Assembly: GCA_947166945.1 (NCBI GenBank) | Contig: CAMVGH010000005.1 | Span: forward strand, 1-32,000 | Direction: 5' to 3' | DNA length: 32,000 nt | Origin: an uncultured Clostridia bacterium | Lineage (GTDB): Bacteria; Bacillota; Clostridia; Oscillospirales; Ruminococcaceae | Part shown: in pieces, positions 1-7,811 of the stretch | Layout of the letters: every line of letters begins with the position of its first letter | How positions within the stretch are numbered: position 1 is the stretch's first letter | Position numbers and translations under genes: made by a program | The notes under the pieces: generated by a model | What the model was told of the DNA's origin: nothing | Database searches by the model: none | The model's input: the letters and a program-made list of their open reading frames with translations, nothing else

Positions 1-432
1 GCCGCAGGCTTCTGAGGCTTTCTGATAGCAGTCCATGAGGTCGGGGTCTTCGAGGCACGGAAAATCCACGCTCATGACCTTAACATTCTTTTCAAGCATG
101 AGCTTGAATCGCACGAATATGAACCGATACCATTCGTAGGAATATAACGAATTCATCATAGTCGCGGCAGCCTGCACGCCGGTGAATATAAGCATCAGCA
201 CGAGAAGCTCCGACGGATCGCCGTTCCCGGTTATCATATCTATTATGAACTTCGAGATGAATGTCCAGAGGTAGTTCATGAACGGCGCACAGACAATACC
301 GAGCGCACAGAACGCCAGCATTGCCTTGTCATATTTCACGATCGCAGAGAATACCCACCTCATGTTGCTCATAAGCCCGTATTCTCTGTGCAGCGGGTTC
401 TTTTCTTCATCGTTTTTTGACCTTTTTTTCAT
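1..432 (-). CDS. ABC exporter (fused permease/ATPase type), N-terminal transmembrane part only; gene continues past the window start
   Basis: Absent from the ORF track because it runs off the edge. Reverse-strand ATG at 430-432 with GAAAGG 8 nt upstream. It reads MKKRSKNDEEKNPLHREYGLMSNMRWVFSAIVKYDKAMLAFCALGIVCAPFMNYLWTFISKFIIDMITGNG... and stays open for 144 codons to position 1. The hydrophobic helix pattern is typical of the N-terminus of ABC exporter TMDs. Confidence 0.55.
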   Translation of the reverse strand, partial: MKKRSKNDEEKNPLHREYGLMSNMRWVFSAIVKYDKAMLAFCALGIVCAPFMNYLWTFISKFIIDMITGNGDPSELLVLMLIFTGVQAAATMMNSLYSYEWYRFIFVRFKLMLEKNVKVMSVDFPCLEDPDLMDCYQKASEACG

Positions 433-550
433 TTGAATTGCCTTTCGTAGATATAGCACGGCATATCCGCCGCGCGGGTATGCTGCATAAAAATTATTTC
501 AGAAAAATTTTTCAGATACTTATGAATAGCAGCATTGTAAACAAACATTG

Positions 551-1513
551 TTATGTTCGATCCAAGCTTTCAAAAACCTTATCCATATTTCTGTAAAACA
601 AAGGCATCTGAAGATCATGCTTTTTGCCTTCATCATACACACAGCGGCAGCCGTACAAAATATCATTGACATCATTATGCAGGGTCATTATCCTTGATGT
701 GAGTTCATTTCCCGCAAAGAGCTTCTTCATTGCTATTCCCGCAATTCCGGAAGGAATTTTATAAGGGAATATCTCATTATTGTATTTTTTCAGGTCAACA
801 CCTCTTGCGCTGACAGTTTTTAAGGTTTCTCTTATACATTTTACAGCCATAGTCAATGCTTTGGAGTCTGACATAAGCTCCCTTGCAAGTCTGTTCGGGT
901 CATCTATTCTGCCTTCCCGTGCGGCAGTTGAAGTAACTCCGGCATTTATTGCCATATGTACCCATATCCATTCAAACATATCGTATGGAATTTCCTGTCT
1001 GATATCAGCCGAGTCCAGAAGCGAGATAAGTTCATCGTAATTTGCTGTCTTCGCTTTTTCTCTGCTCTCAAGCATTATATGATCGAAAAGAACACAGTTA
1101 AGTCTGCCGTTGTTTTCCATTTTACCGCCCGCAGTGGGGAATGCAGTGACATAACTGTAATTTCCCAGTATTTCTTCCACTTCTTTCCGTTCGTTCCAGA
1201 AATTGCAGAATAAGATAACCGTTCCCCTAAGATCTCTGTCATTCAGAGTTTGTATAGCTGCTTCCAGCTTACCGCTTGCAACACTTATCAGGATAAAGTC
1301 ATATTCGTCGTGTTCCGGGGCAGGCTTTACGATGTACTCGCCGTCCTTTTCCTCGCCTTTAGGGGCGTATCTTCCGTCAAGAAGATGTATCGGGAGCGAA
1401 TCCGGGACCTGCTTGCCCTCTCTGATGATGTGGAATGTATCGTGACCGGCCTGCTGAAACGCATAAGCGTATGTCGTACCTATAACACCTAAACCTAAAA
1501 CAGCTATCTTCAT
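551..1513 (-). CDS. Ketopantoate reductase family protein (2-dehydropantoate 2-reductase, ApbA/PanE-like)
   Basis: 320-aa ORF. N-terminal Rossmann motif MKIAVLGLGVIGTTYAYAF. Length and helical C-terminal half fit the ApbA/PanE family. RBS AAGGAG 8 nt upstream of ATG 1513. Confidence 0.8.
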   Translation of the reverse strand: MKIAVLGLGVIGTTYAYAFQQAGHDTFHIIREGKQVPDSLPIHLLDGRYAPKGEEKDGEYIVKPAPEHDEYDFILISVASGKLEAAIQTLNDRDLRGTVILFCNFWNERKEVEEILGNYSYVTAFPTAGGKMENNGRLNCVLFDHIMLESREKAKTANYDELISLLDSADIRQEIPYDMFEWIWVHMAINAGVTSTAAREGRIDDPNRLARELMSDSKALTMAVKCIRETLKTVSARGVDLKKYNNEIFPYKIPSGIAGIAMKKLFAGNELTSRIMTLHNDVNDILYGCRCVYDEGKKHDLQMPLFYRNMDKVFESLDRT

Positions 1514-1573
1514 ATTATGGCTCCTTTTTCATAACCTGACTATGCTCGAACCGGTACTGTAGTATATCAATTT

Positions 1574-1602
1574 ATTATACCACAAATCAGTATATATGTA
1601 AA
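1574..1602 (-). promoter_or_regulatory. Sigma-A type promoter for the reductase gene (TTTACA-N17-TGgTATAAT)
   Basis: Reverse strand: TTTACA (1597-1602), 17-nt spacer, TATAAT (1574-1579) preceded by a TGG extended -10. It lies ~60 nt upstream of ATG 1513. Confidence 0.5.
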
Positions 1603-1792
1603 GCATTTCCGGCAACGACTTGATTTAAGGGATCAGGTCAGATTTCAGTCTGTAACCGGATTTGATGACCTCATCTGGAAGATCACCGGGAGCATATCAC
1701 TGTTGCGCGCACCCGCTGCTGCACTTATTGCCAATGTATAACGAAAAACAGAAACGGCAATGTTATTGAGTTTTTTGCAGGCGAATGCAAAA

Positions 1793-1963
1793 TCAGCCTG
1801 TCTTATATTCAAGCTGAAAATCATTCAGCCGTCTGACAGATTCCTGAAAAGCCTCATATTTCTGGCTTACATCATCGACCAGCTTTTCAAATTCTTCTGC
1901 ATTAGTGATCTTGACACCGACAGACAGTTTCATCGGTTCTGTATTACGAAATATATCTGCCAT
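1793..1963 (-). CDS. Small hypothetical protein (56 aa), helical, phage-like
   Basis: Below the ORF-track size cutoff. ATG 1961-1963, stop TGA 1793-1795. Reads MADIFRNTEPMKLSVGVKITNAEEFEKLVDDVSQKYEAFQESVRRLNDFQLEYKTG. RBS-like GAAAGGAGAAATAATG upstream. Confidence 0.4.
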   Translation of the reverse strand: MADIFRNTEPMKLSVGVKITNAEEFEKLVDDVSQKYEAFQESVRRLNDFQLEYKTG

Positions 1964-2023
1964 TATTTCTCCTTTCGGGCATAAAAACAGCGCATACCCA
2001 AGGGCGTGCGCTGAAAATAATTA

Positions 2024-2188
2024 TCATTCCGCAGAAATACGCTTATACTCTTCTTCGTACCACTGTCTCAGTGCTTTTTCCTCTTTTACAAAAGCATCCT
2101 TGACTGGTTTTTCTCTGCATCTTTCACAAAGTTCGCGAAGCTTGTCTCTAAAAAGCTCTCTTAATTTTTCTAATTCTTTTTCTTTCAT
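2024..2188 (-). CDS. Small hypothetical protein (54 aa), charged coiled-coil-like
   Basis: ATG 2186-2188 preceded by GAGAGGTGGTTAAG. Reads MKEKELEKLRELFRDKLRELCERCREKPVKDAFVKEEKALRQWYEEEYKRISAE. Its ATG overlaps (ATGA) the stop of an upstream start-less ORF (...NVYENATLNVLERKLNGEHISDEDEQHEIVKATCSELGIEYERWLR). Confidence 0.4.
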   Translation of the reverse strand: MKEKELEKLRELFRDKLRELCERCREKPVKDAFVKEEKALRQWYEEEYKRISAE

Positions 2189-2363
2189 CTTAACCACCTC
2201 TCATACTCAATTCCTAATTCCGAGCAGGTTGCCTTTACTATTTCGTGTTGTTCGTCCTCGTCGGATATATGTTCTCCATTCAGCTTTCTTTCCAACACAT
2301 TCAAGGTTGCGTTCTCATAGACATTGTAAACATCATTGCTGTCAATGGGTTTATTAAACGCCG

Positions 2364-2853
2364 TTAAATACTTCTACCGTTTATTTTATCACCATTCTTC
2401 CCGTCTGTCAACAGATTCAGCGAGTTTTCTTCCGCTGAATTTGCTGACAGTTCCGCCAAATTCAACGTTGAATCGCTCTCTGGAAGAGCTTCCCGTTCCG
2501 CTATCATCTGATCGAGCCTCTGCTCTATCTCCTCGATAGAGGTTCCTTCAAGCATTCTGTCGATATCTGCCTGAATGTCTTCAAGCGTCTCCTGCGGTGT
2601 GGTGACCTTGCACCGGCAGAACGGGTGCATCGGAGGACAGTTCACGCCGACAGCCGCTTCGGATATCTTGAACCGCTCGCCGTCGAGATCGTCGCAGGTG
2701 TGGCAGACGTTCCCCGCGTCTGAACGAGCAGTATTCGTCCTCTCCCTCGAATCTCACCTCAAGTTTTTTCATCTGCACATATTCAGGAATAGATACCATT
2801 ATTTCTGCAGCAGCATGAAAACCGCTGTTATTCCTGTAAATACATACTCCCAT
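2364..2853 (-). pseudogene. Phage head-morphogenesis protein (MuF / SPP1 gp7-like), C-terminal fragment, apparently frameshifted and N-terminally truncated
   Basis: The frame of ORF 2364..2645 extends upstream (no ATG) as ARSDAGNVCHTCDDLDGERFKISEAAVGVNCPPMHPFCRCKVT. This is the C-x2-C...LDG...PPxHPxCRC signature of MuF-family minor head proteins. An in-frame TGA at 2754-2756 cuts it. ORF 2581..2853 overlaps in another frame. Only ~130 of the usual >300 aa are present. Confidence 0.5.
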
Positions 2854-2913
2854 TCCGGCACATCTGCCAGATGCGCCGGAACGGGAGTATTGTTATATTA
2901 TGATCAAATGCTC

Positions 2914-5900
2914 TTATTGTGAAATGCTGCCCTCTATGTGGTTTCTTCCGCCGTCAGATGTGTACGCAAGATCGGAGGAAGCGTTTTTCAGCAGCTTTAC
3001 AGGGATCGTTTCATCATCGGTCAGCGGGTCTCTGAGGGTACCTCCGTAGTCAACAGTAAAGTGAACGCTGCTGTTTTCCGGCGAGAACTCAAAGCTGATA
3101 TCCACCTCGGTATCATTGCCGAACTCAACAAATGAACTGTTCATGCAAAGTTCCTCTGCAACAGTCAGCAGCTTAAGATGCACCTTCTGTGGGACCATAT
3201 ATCTGTGCGAAAAGCTGTCAACCTCATGTATGAGCGACAAAGCATCGGACTTGTTATCCTTGAGCTTATAGGTTAATATCCTGAGATGATTAATGAACTG
3301 ACGCGTCTTGTCCTTTGCCGGCGAAGTGAATATCTGTTCGGGTTCACCCTCCTCATAGATCACGCCCTCGTCCATATAGAACACGCGGTTTGAAACGTCT
3401 CTCGCAAATTTCATCTCATGTGTGACGATAAGCATAGTCATGCCCTTCTGCGCGAGATTTCTGATGACCGTGAGCACCTCGCCGACCATGGTGGGGTCAA
3501 GTGCCGAAGTAGGCTCGTCAAACAGCATTATCTCGGGATCCATTGCTATCGCTCTTGCAATTGCGACACGCTGCTGCTGACCTCCGGAAAGTTCATACGG
3601 ATAATTGTAAGCTTTAGCCATAAGTCCCACGGCATCAAGAAGCGCCATAGATCTCTCGTAAGCTTCCTGTCTGCTGCGCTTCAGCAGCTCGGTCTGTGCC
3701 AGCATGATATTTTCCACGACCGTAAGATGTGAGAACAGGTTGAATGACTGGAACACCATTCCCACGCGTCGGCGAAGCCTGCTGTAGTCGTATCCCGGAG
3801 CAAGAGTATCCTCGCCGTCGAACAGTATCTTTCCCTTGTCGGGGATCTCAAGATGATTTATGAGGTTAAGAAGCGTGCTCTTTCCGGTACCGGAAGGTCC
3901 GATCACCGAAATAACGTCTCCCGTTTTTACAGTGCAGCACACATTTTTGAGCGGAGAAGCTTCCTCAAAGCTCTTGGCAAGTCCGTCTATGACAAGCAGA
4001 TCCTTGCTTGCGCCGGCGGATTTGTCTGCTGAGATGCCGGTCTCCGGAATGTTGAAATCCTTGTTGATGCCTTTAAGCCTGCGTGCAGGGTCAATACGGT
4101 TTATTTTCCCGCTTATGAGCTTCATTATCAAAATAAGAAGATTTGAAAGCAGGAAATAAATCAGTGCGGCAGTCAGGAGCGGGAAGAAAGCATCATATGT
4201 ACGGCTGCGTATGATATCCGTTACCTTTGTGAGCTCCATGACCGAGATATACCCCGCGACAGAAGTAAGTTTGACCATTGATACGAGCTGTCCGCTGTAA
4301 ACGGGAAGAATATGCTGCATTGCCTGAGGGAGCACGACCTTGACAAAGCCGTGTACAGGTGTAAATCCCAAAGCCTTTGCCGCGCGTGCCTGACCCGGCG
4401 GTACAGCCTCGATCCCGCTTCTGAATATCTCGGAAACATACGCCGCGAAGTCAAGTGAAAATCCTATGACACATATAGCGAACGCGGATATTTTATCATT
4501 GTTGAAGATAAGATAGTACAGCACCATCAGAAGCACAAGTATCGGTATCCCCTGCACCGCTTTGACATAGAGCTGTGCAAACGCTGTAACGGCAGCGTTC
4601 CTGCTCATTCTCATGCGGCAGATCACCGCACCGAGAATGGTTCCTATAACTCCGGAAAGCAGGGAAAGGAGAATCGTCGCCAGCACACCGCTGAGAACCA
4701 TTTTCCAGCGTTCGTCATTGATAAAGTTTATCCTGAAACCGTTGAAAAGATTCTTTGCAAGTATTTCAGCTTTTGAAGCCGTGACAGTTTCAGCATCGGT
4801 GCGTTCCACGATGTACATATAGCTGCGGATAACGCTGTCAGTGATATTGAGCTGCTCAAGACGTTCCGGAGTTATGAAAAGTGTGTCTGCCATAATATCA
4901 TAGGCTCCGGTGGCAATACCGGCAACCTGGGTGGGATAATCAACGCACTCATACTTCGGTTCATAACCGTATTCAAGGCAGAATCTGTCAACAAGATCCA
5001 CGAACATTCCCGTAGGCTGATCGCCCTTGAAGAAAGTCATCGGGAACCATGTTCCGGGGGTGCATACATGAAGAATACCGTTTTCTCCGGAAAATGTATA
5101 GTTCAGCGAAGAATCGCCGTCCTCGGGCATATTGATCCACTTATTGACAATAAGCCGGTATTCACCGCTTGTCTCTAACTTCTCAAGGAATTGGTTGAAT
5201 TTGTTTTTAAGGTCATTGCCTTTTTCGTCCTTACGCGTGCCGAATCCGTAATCTATAGTAGTCAGCGGTTCATATATGTACGCCAGATCCTTATAGTTCT
5301 CGTTTATCATGGCGATCTGGGTGTAGTATGCGGCAACCGCATCGACCTTGCCGCTTTCAAGAGCCGCAAACATATCCGCAAAATTGTTGTAATTCTCGAT
5401 CTGAGAACCGGGTATCAGCTGCTCCGGCAGCACCGCAAGCTCCGAACCCGTGATACCGGCTATCTTTACGCCGGGACGCTTTATGAAATCAAGACCATGG
5501 CGGTTAGGCGTATAGGCGTAATTGGCAGAGGCTACGATGACAGAGACGTCCGAAAAGCCATCTTCCTGACCCGGAAACATTGAGTTTTTATTTGAATTCA
5601 TCATTACCGTGAACTGCGGATTGTTCCGGAGTATACTGTCAACATCTTCATTCGGTGCAATGAATCCGTCTATCGTGCTGTTTGCAAGAAGAGAAGGCAG
5701 CTCGGAAAAATCTTCCGCATAGACGATAGTTGCGTCCGGCCAAGTCTGTTCCGACAGTGCTGCAAGCTCCGAATGCTGCACTGCACCTATGTTCCTGCCG
5801 TTCAGGTCGGCGAGATCTTTCCATTCTCCGCGCTCTCCGATCGTATCTGCTGTTCCTATGACCTGCGGCAGTACGATGATCAGCAGGACTACAAAGCATA

Positions 5901-5952
5901 TCAATATCTTTGCCAGCAGTATCTTCTTTTTTCTTCTCTGTTCTTCTTTCAT
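2914..5952 (-). CDS. Single-polypeptide amino-acid-type ABC importer: signal anchor + substrate-binding (SBP_bac_3-like) segments + permease (His/Glu/Gln/Arg family) + ATPase (GlnQ-like) + ~120-aa C-terminal domain of unknown function
   Basis: 1012-aa ORF with RBS AAGAGGAA. N-terminal TM KILLAKILICFVVLLIIVLPQV. Binding-protein-like segments at aa ~50-400 (GMFVDLVDRFCLEYGYEPKY...GAYDIMADTLFITPERL). Permease EAA loop SEIFRSGIEAVPPGQARAAKALGF. Walker A GPSGTGKST, signature LSGGQQQR, Walker B MLFDEPTSALD. The C-terminal aa ~893-1012 carry no transporter motif. Confidence 0.9.
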   Translation of the reverse strand: MKEEQRRKKKILLAKILICFVVLLIIVLPQVIGTADTIGERGEWKDLADLNGRNIGAVQHSELAALSEQTWPDATIVYAEDFSELPSLLANSTIDGFIAPNEDVDSILRNNPQFTVMMNSNKNSMFPGQEDGFSDVSVIVASANYAYTPNRHGLDFIKRPGVKIAGITGSELAVLPEQLIPGSQIENYNNFADMFAALESGKVDAVAAYYTQIAMINENYKDLAYIYEPLTTIDYGFGTRKDEKGNDLKNKFNQFLEKLETSGEYRLIVNKWINMPEDGDSSLNYTFSGENGILHVCTPGTWFPMTFFKGDQPTGMFVDLVDRFCLEYGYEPKYECVDYPTQVAGIATGAYDIMADTLFITPERLEQLNITDSVIRSYMYIVERTDAETVTASKAEILAKNLFNGFRINFINDERWKMVLSGVLATILLSLLSGVIGTILGAVICRMRMSRNAAVTAFAQLYVKAVQGIPILVLLMVLYYLIFNNDKISAFAICVIGFSLDFAAYVSEIFRSGIEAVPPGQARAAKALGFTPVHGFVKVVLPQAMQHILPVYSGQLVSMVKLTSVAGYISVMELTKVTDIIRSRTYDAFFPLLTAALIYFLLSNLLILIMKLISGKINRIDPARRLKGINKDFNIPETGISADKSAGASKDLLVIDGLAKSFEEASPLKNVCCTVKTGDVISVIGPSGTGKSTLLNLINHLEIPDKGKILFDGEDTLAPGYDYSRLRRRVGMVFQSFNLFSHLTVVENIMLAQTELLKRSRQEAYERSMALLDAVGLMAKAYNYPYELSGGQQQRVAIARAIAMDPEIMLFDEPTSALDPTMVGEVLTVIRNLAQKGMTMLIVTHEMKFARDVSNRVFYMDEGVIYEEGEPEQIFTSPAKDKTRQFINHLRILTYKLKDNKSDALSLIHEVDSFSHRYMVPQKVHLKLLTVAEELCMNSSFVEFGNDTEVDISFEFSPENSSVHFTVDYGGTLRDPLTDDETIPVKLLKNASSDLAYTSDGGRNHIEGSISQ

Positions 5953-6019
5953 AATTATTCCTCTTTTTCCGGGTTATCCCGCGCAGATCCGCATACAATG
6001 CTTTCCGGACACTTTTTGT

Positions 6020-6047
6020 ACTATACCACATAAATTGTAAATAGCAA
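6020..6047 (-). promoter_or_regulatory. Candidate promoter of the fused ABC importer (TTGCTA-N16-TGgTATAGT)
   Basis: Reverse strand: TATAGT at 6020-6025 with a TGG extended -10, and TTGCTA at 6042-6047. It lies ~65 nt upstream of ATG 5952. Confidence 0.35.
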
Positions 6048-6270
6048 GCCGATACCGGAAACTGATTTTTCAGATACAATTATTCGCTTCCGTCCAGGAC
6101 GGTTTCAATCGATCTGACGGCTTCTCCGACACCGCCGGTTTGAGCCGGATCTGCTGTTTTTCCTATTATACCACATCTGACCGAAACGGTCAATAGGAAA
6201 AGCCGGAATAAGCTCTCACGATATGCCACATACTCCGCTGCTGACAATATCAGGGCTTTTTACAATTATT

Positions 6271-6303
6271 GCCCTCTTGTTCGGTGCAAGAGGGCATTTT
6301 TCT
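6271..6303 (+). terminator. Rho-independent terminator-like hairpin with no obvious upstream plus-strand gene
   Basis: GCCCTCTTG (6271-6279), loop TTCGGTG, CAAGAGGGC (6287-6295), followed by ATTTTTCTGTCTTT. The T-tract is present only on the plus strand. Confidence 0.45.
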
Positions 6304-6336
6304 GTCTTTATTATACGCTGATGGTGTCACATTTCG

Positions 6337-6563
6337 TCATTCTTCTTTAAGACTTTTCTTGATACGGCTTAACGATTCGGGAGCGATACCGAGATATGTC
6401 GCTATATACTGCTGTTTCACGGTCTGACATATTTATTGAACAGAAGCAGCGCTGCCGTTTCACCGAATACCTCACCGCAGAAGCGTTTAGCAAATCCCCT
6501 GAAATATATTTCCTTGCAGATACCGCTTGTCAGATTGCTGTTTGTTGTGTTATAATTGACCAT
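6337..6563 (-). pseudogene. Crp/Fnr-family transcription regulator remnant (C-terminal HTH part, frameshifted)
   Basis: Frame 1 (ATG 6561-6563) reads MVNYNTTNSNLTSGICKEIYFRGFAKRFCGEVFGETAALLLFNKYVRP*. A shifted frame continues TVKQQYIATYLGIAPESLSRIKKSLKEE* (stop 6337-6339). This is the typical Crp/Fnr HTH (xxxIAxYLGxxxExxSRxxKxL). The whole cNMP-binding N-terminal domain is missing. Confidence 0.5.
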
Positions 6564-6741
6564 GGTGCAATTCTCTCCTTTGGTACATGGTTTTGTCGTT
6601 ATTATCATTATACCATATTGGAGATGATATTGCACTGTTTTTTTGCAATTTTCAATTTTTTATTTGCCTCTATCCCTTTATTTATCGGCTTTCGTCCGGT
6701 TTTCTGTAATTGATTTTGGGGAAACTTAAATTATCCGCGTA

Positions 6742-6770
6742 TTGACAAATCTGTCCGGAAGTGTTATAAT
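6742..6770 (+). promoter_or_regulatory. Consensus sigma-A promoter of the MarR gene
   Basis: TTGACA (6742-6747), exactly 17 nt, TATAAT (6765-6770) with a TGt extended -10. It is followed by a TAAC-N7-GTTA inverted repeat (possible operator). Confidence 0.6.
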
Positions 6771-6810
6771 AGTAATTGCTAACAATATTAGTTATTTTAT
6801 GGGGGACTGT

Positions 6811-7239
6811 ATGACATATAGTGAACTTGCGGAAGAACTGTTACAGCTCATGGTCAAAAGCCCATATATGAAAATAATTCGCGAGCTCGGGAAAACAACA
6901 AAACCGGAGATATTTGTCCTGATGTATCTCAGAACACACGGCGGCAGGGCTTATCCAAAAGAGCTGAGCGATGCTTTTCTTGTGAGCACTGCAAGGATCG
7001 CCGTTATACTCAATAAGCTTGAAAATGAGGGATATGTGCGCCGCTTGGCTGACACTGCCGACAATCGGCATACTGTAGTTGAGATGACCGAAGCCGGCGA
7101 GCGGCTTACGGCTGACCGGAAAGCAGAAGTGCTGACACGGCTCACCGGAATACTGGAGCTTCTCGGTCCTGATGATGCGGCTGAATATATCCGGCTGCAA
7201 AAGAAGATCACAGAAGCGGCGGAAGGTTTATTACTATAG
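6811..7239 (+). CDS. MarR family transcriptional regulator
   Basis: ORF 6742..7239 in the track. The upstream part of that ORF overlaps the promoter, so the start is placed at ATG 6811 (MTYSELAEELL...) after GGGGGA. Winged-HTH segment ELSDAFLVSTARIAVILNKLENEGYVRRLADTADNRHTVVEMTEAG. Confidence 0.85.
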   Translation: MTYSELAEELLQLMVKSPYMKIIRELGKTTKPEIFVLMYLRTHGGRAYPKELSDAFLVSTARIAVILNKLENEGYVRRLADTADNRHTVVEMTEAGERLTADRKAEVLTRLTGILELLGPDDAAEYIRLQKKITEAAEGLLL

Positions 7240-7355
7240 GAGCTCCTGGGACTAAAGCGGGAATGTAAGGATATTGAGCAGTTCAGAGATCAGACTGTTG
7301 AATTCTGTAATTAACCCGTTCATCGGGTAAAATATATTTTTCGGAGGTTTTAAAT

Positions 7356-7796
7356 ATGGGAACACTTATGAAATTAAAAGGCTTTATGAAGCTGAACGGC
7401 GATCTCAGACCGCTGCTTGTAAGAGGCGGTATTCACGAGATACTGCTCGATCTGGACGGAGACAAGGAAGCGGATATCGCCATAATCGACGCCGATTCCG
7501 ACGGCGATATAGATACTGTTGCTATTGACCTCACCGGCGACGGCGAGTTCAATGTCTATATCAGAGACACCGACGGAAACGGAGTGCCGGACACGGTGCT
7601 TTTCCTCAATGACGGCGATGAAACATCAAAGGTGGTCTCCGGCAGCAAGGAAGAAACGGAAGCTGCATTTATAGCGGGCGCACAGATGCTTTACAAAGCG
7701 ATAATGGTAGCCGATTATGTGGCTTCGGAGATCGAAGCGGGACTGAGAGAGCTGGATAAGGAAGTCCGCCGCCTGAGAAAAGAATACAGAATTTAA
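7356..7796 (+). CDS. Hypothetical acidic protein with repeated DxDxDG-type (EF-hand-like calcium-loop) motifs and a C-terminal helix
   Basis: 146-aa ORF with RBS GGAGG 8 nt upstream. Contains DLDGDKEAD / DADSDGDID / DLTGDGEFN / DTDGNGVPD / NDGDE in aa 30-90. No signal peptide. Confidence 0.7.
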   Translation: MGTLMKLKGFMKLNGDLRPLLVRGGIHEILLDLDGDKEADIAIIDADSDGDIDTVAIDLTGDGEFNVYIRDTDGNGVPDTVLFLNDGDETSKVVSGSKEETEAAFIAGAQMLYKAIMVADYVASEIEAGLRELDKEVRRLRKEYRI

Positions 7797-7811
7797 CGGA
7801 GGAAAATAAAA

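Noticed and set aside
5648-6079. A 143-aa minus-strand ORF overlapping the 5' end of the ABC importer gene.
   Set aside because: It is out of frame with, and largely inside, the strongly supported 1012-aa ORF. It has an Arg-rich composition and no RBS.
6225-6323. A 32-aa hydrophobic plus-strand mini-ORF (MPHTPLLTISGLFTIIALLFGARGHFSVFIIR).
   Set aside because: It has no RBS, and its hydrophobic core is simply the translation of the terminator hairpin.
6396-6713. A 105-aa plus-strand ORF, and the 72-aa minus ORF 6417..6635 taken as an intact gene.
   Set aside because: The plus ORF is antisense to the Crp/Fnr remnant and runs through A/T-rich promoter DNA. The N-terminal part of the minus ORF (MQYHLQYGIMIITTK...) overlaps its own predicted promoter, and only the downstream part has family resemblance.
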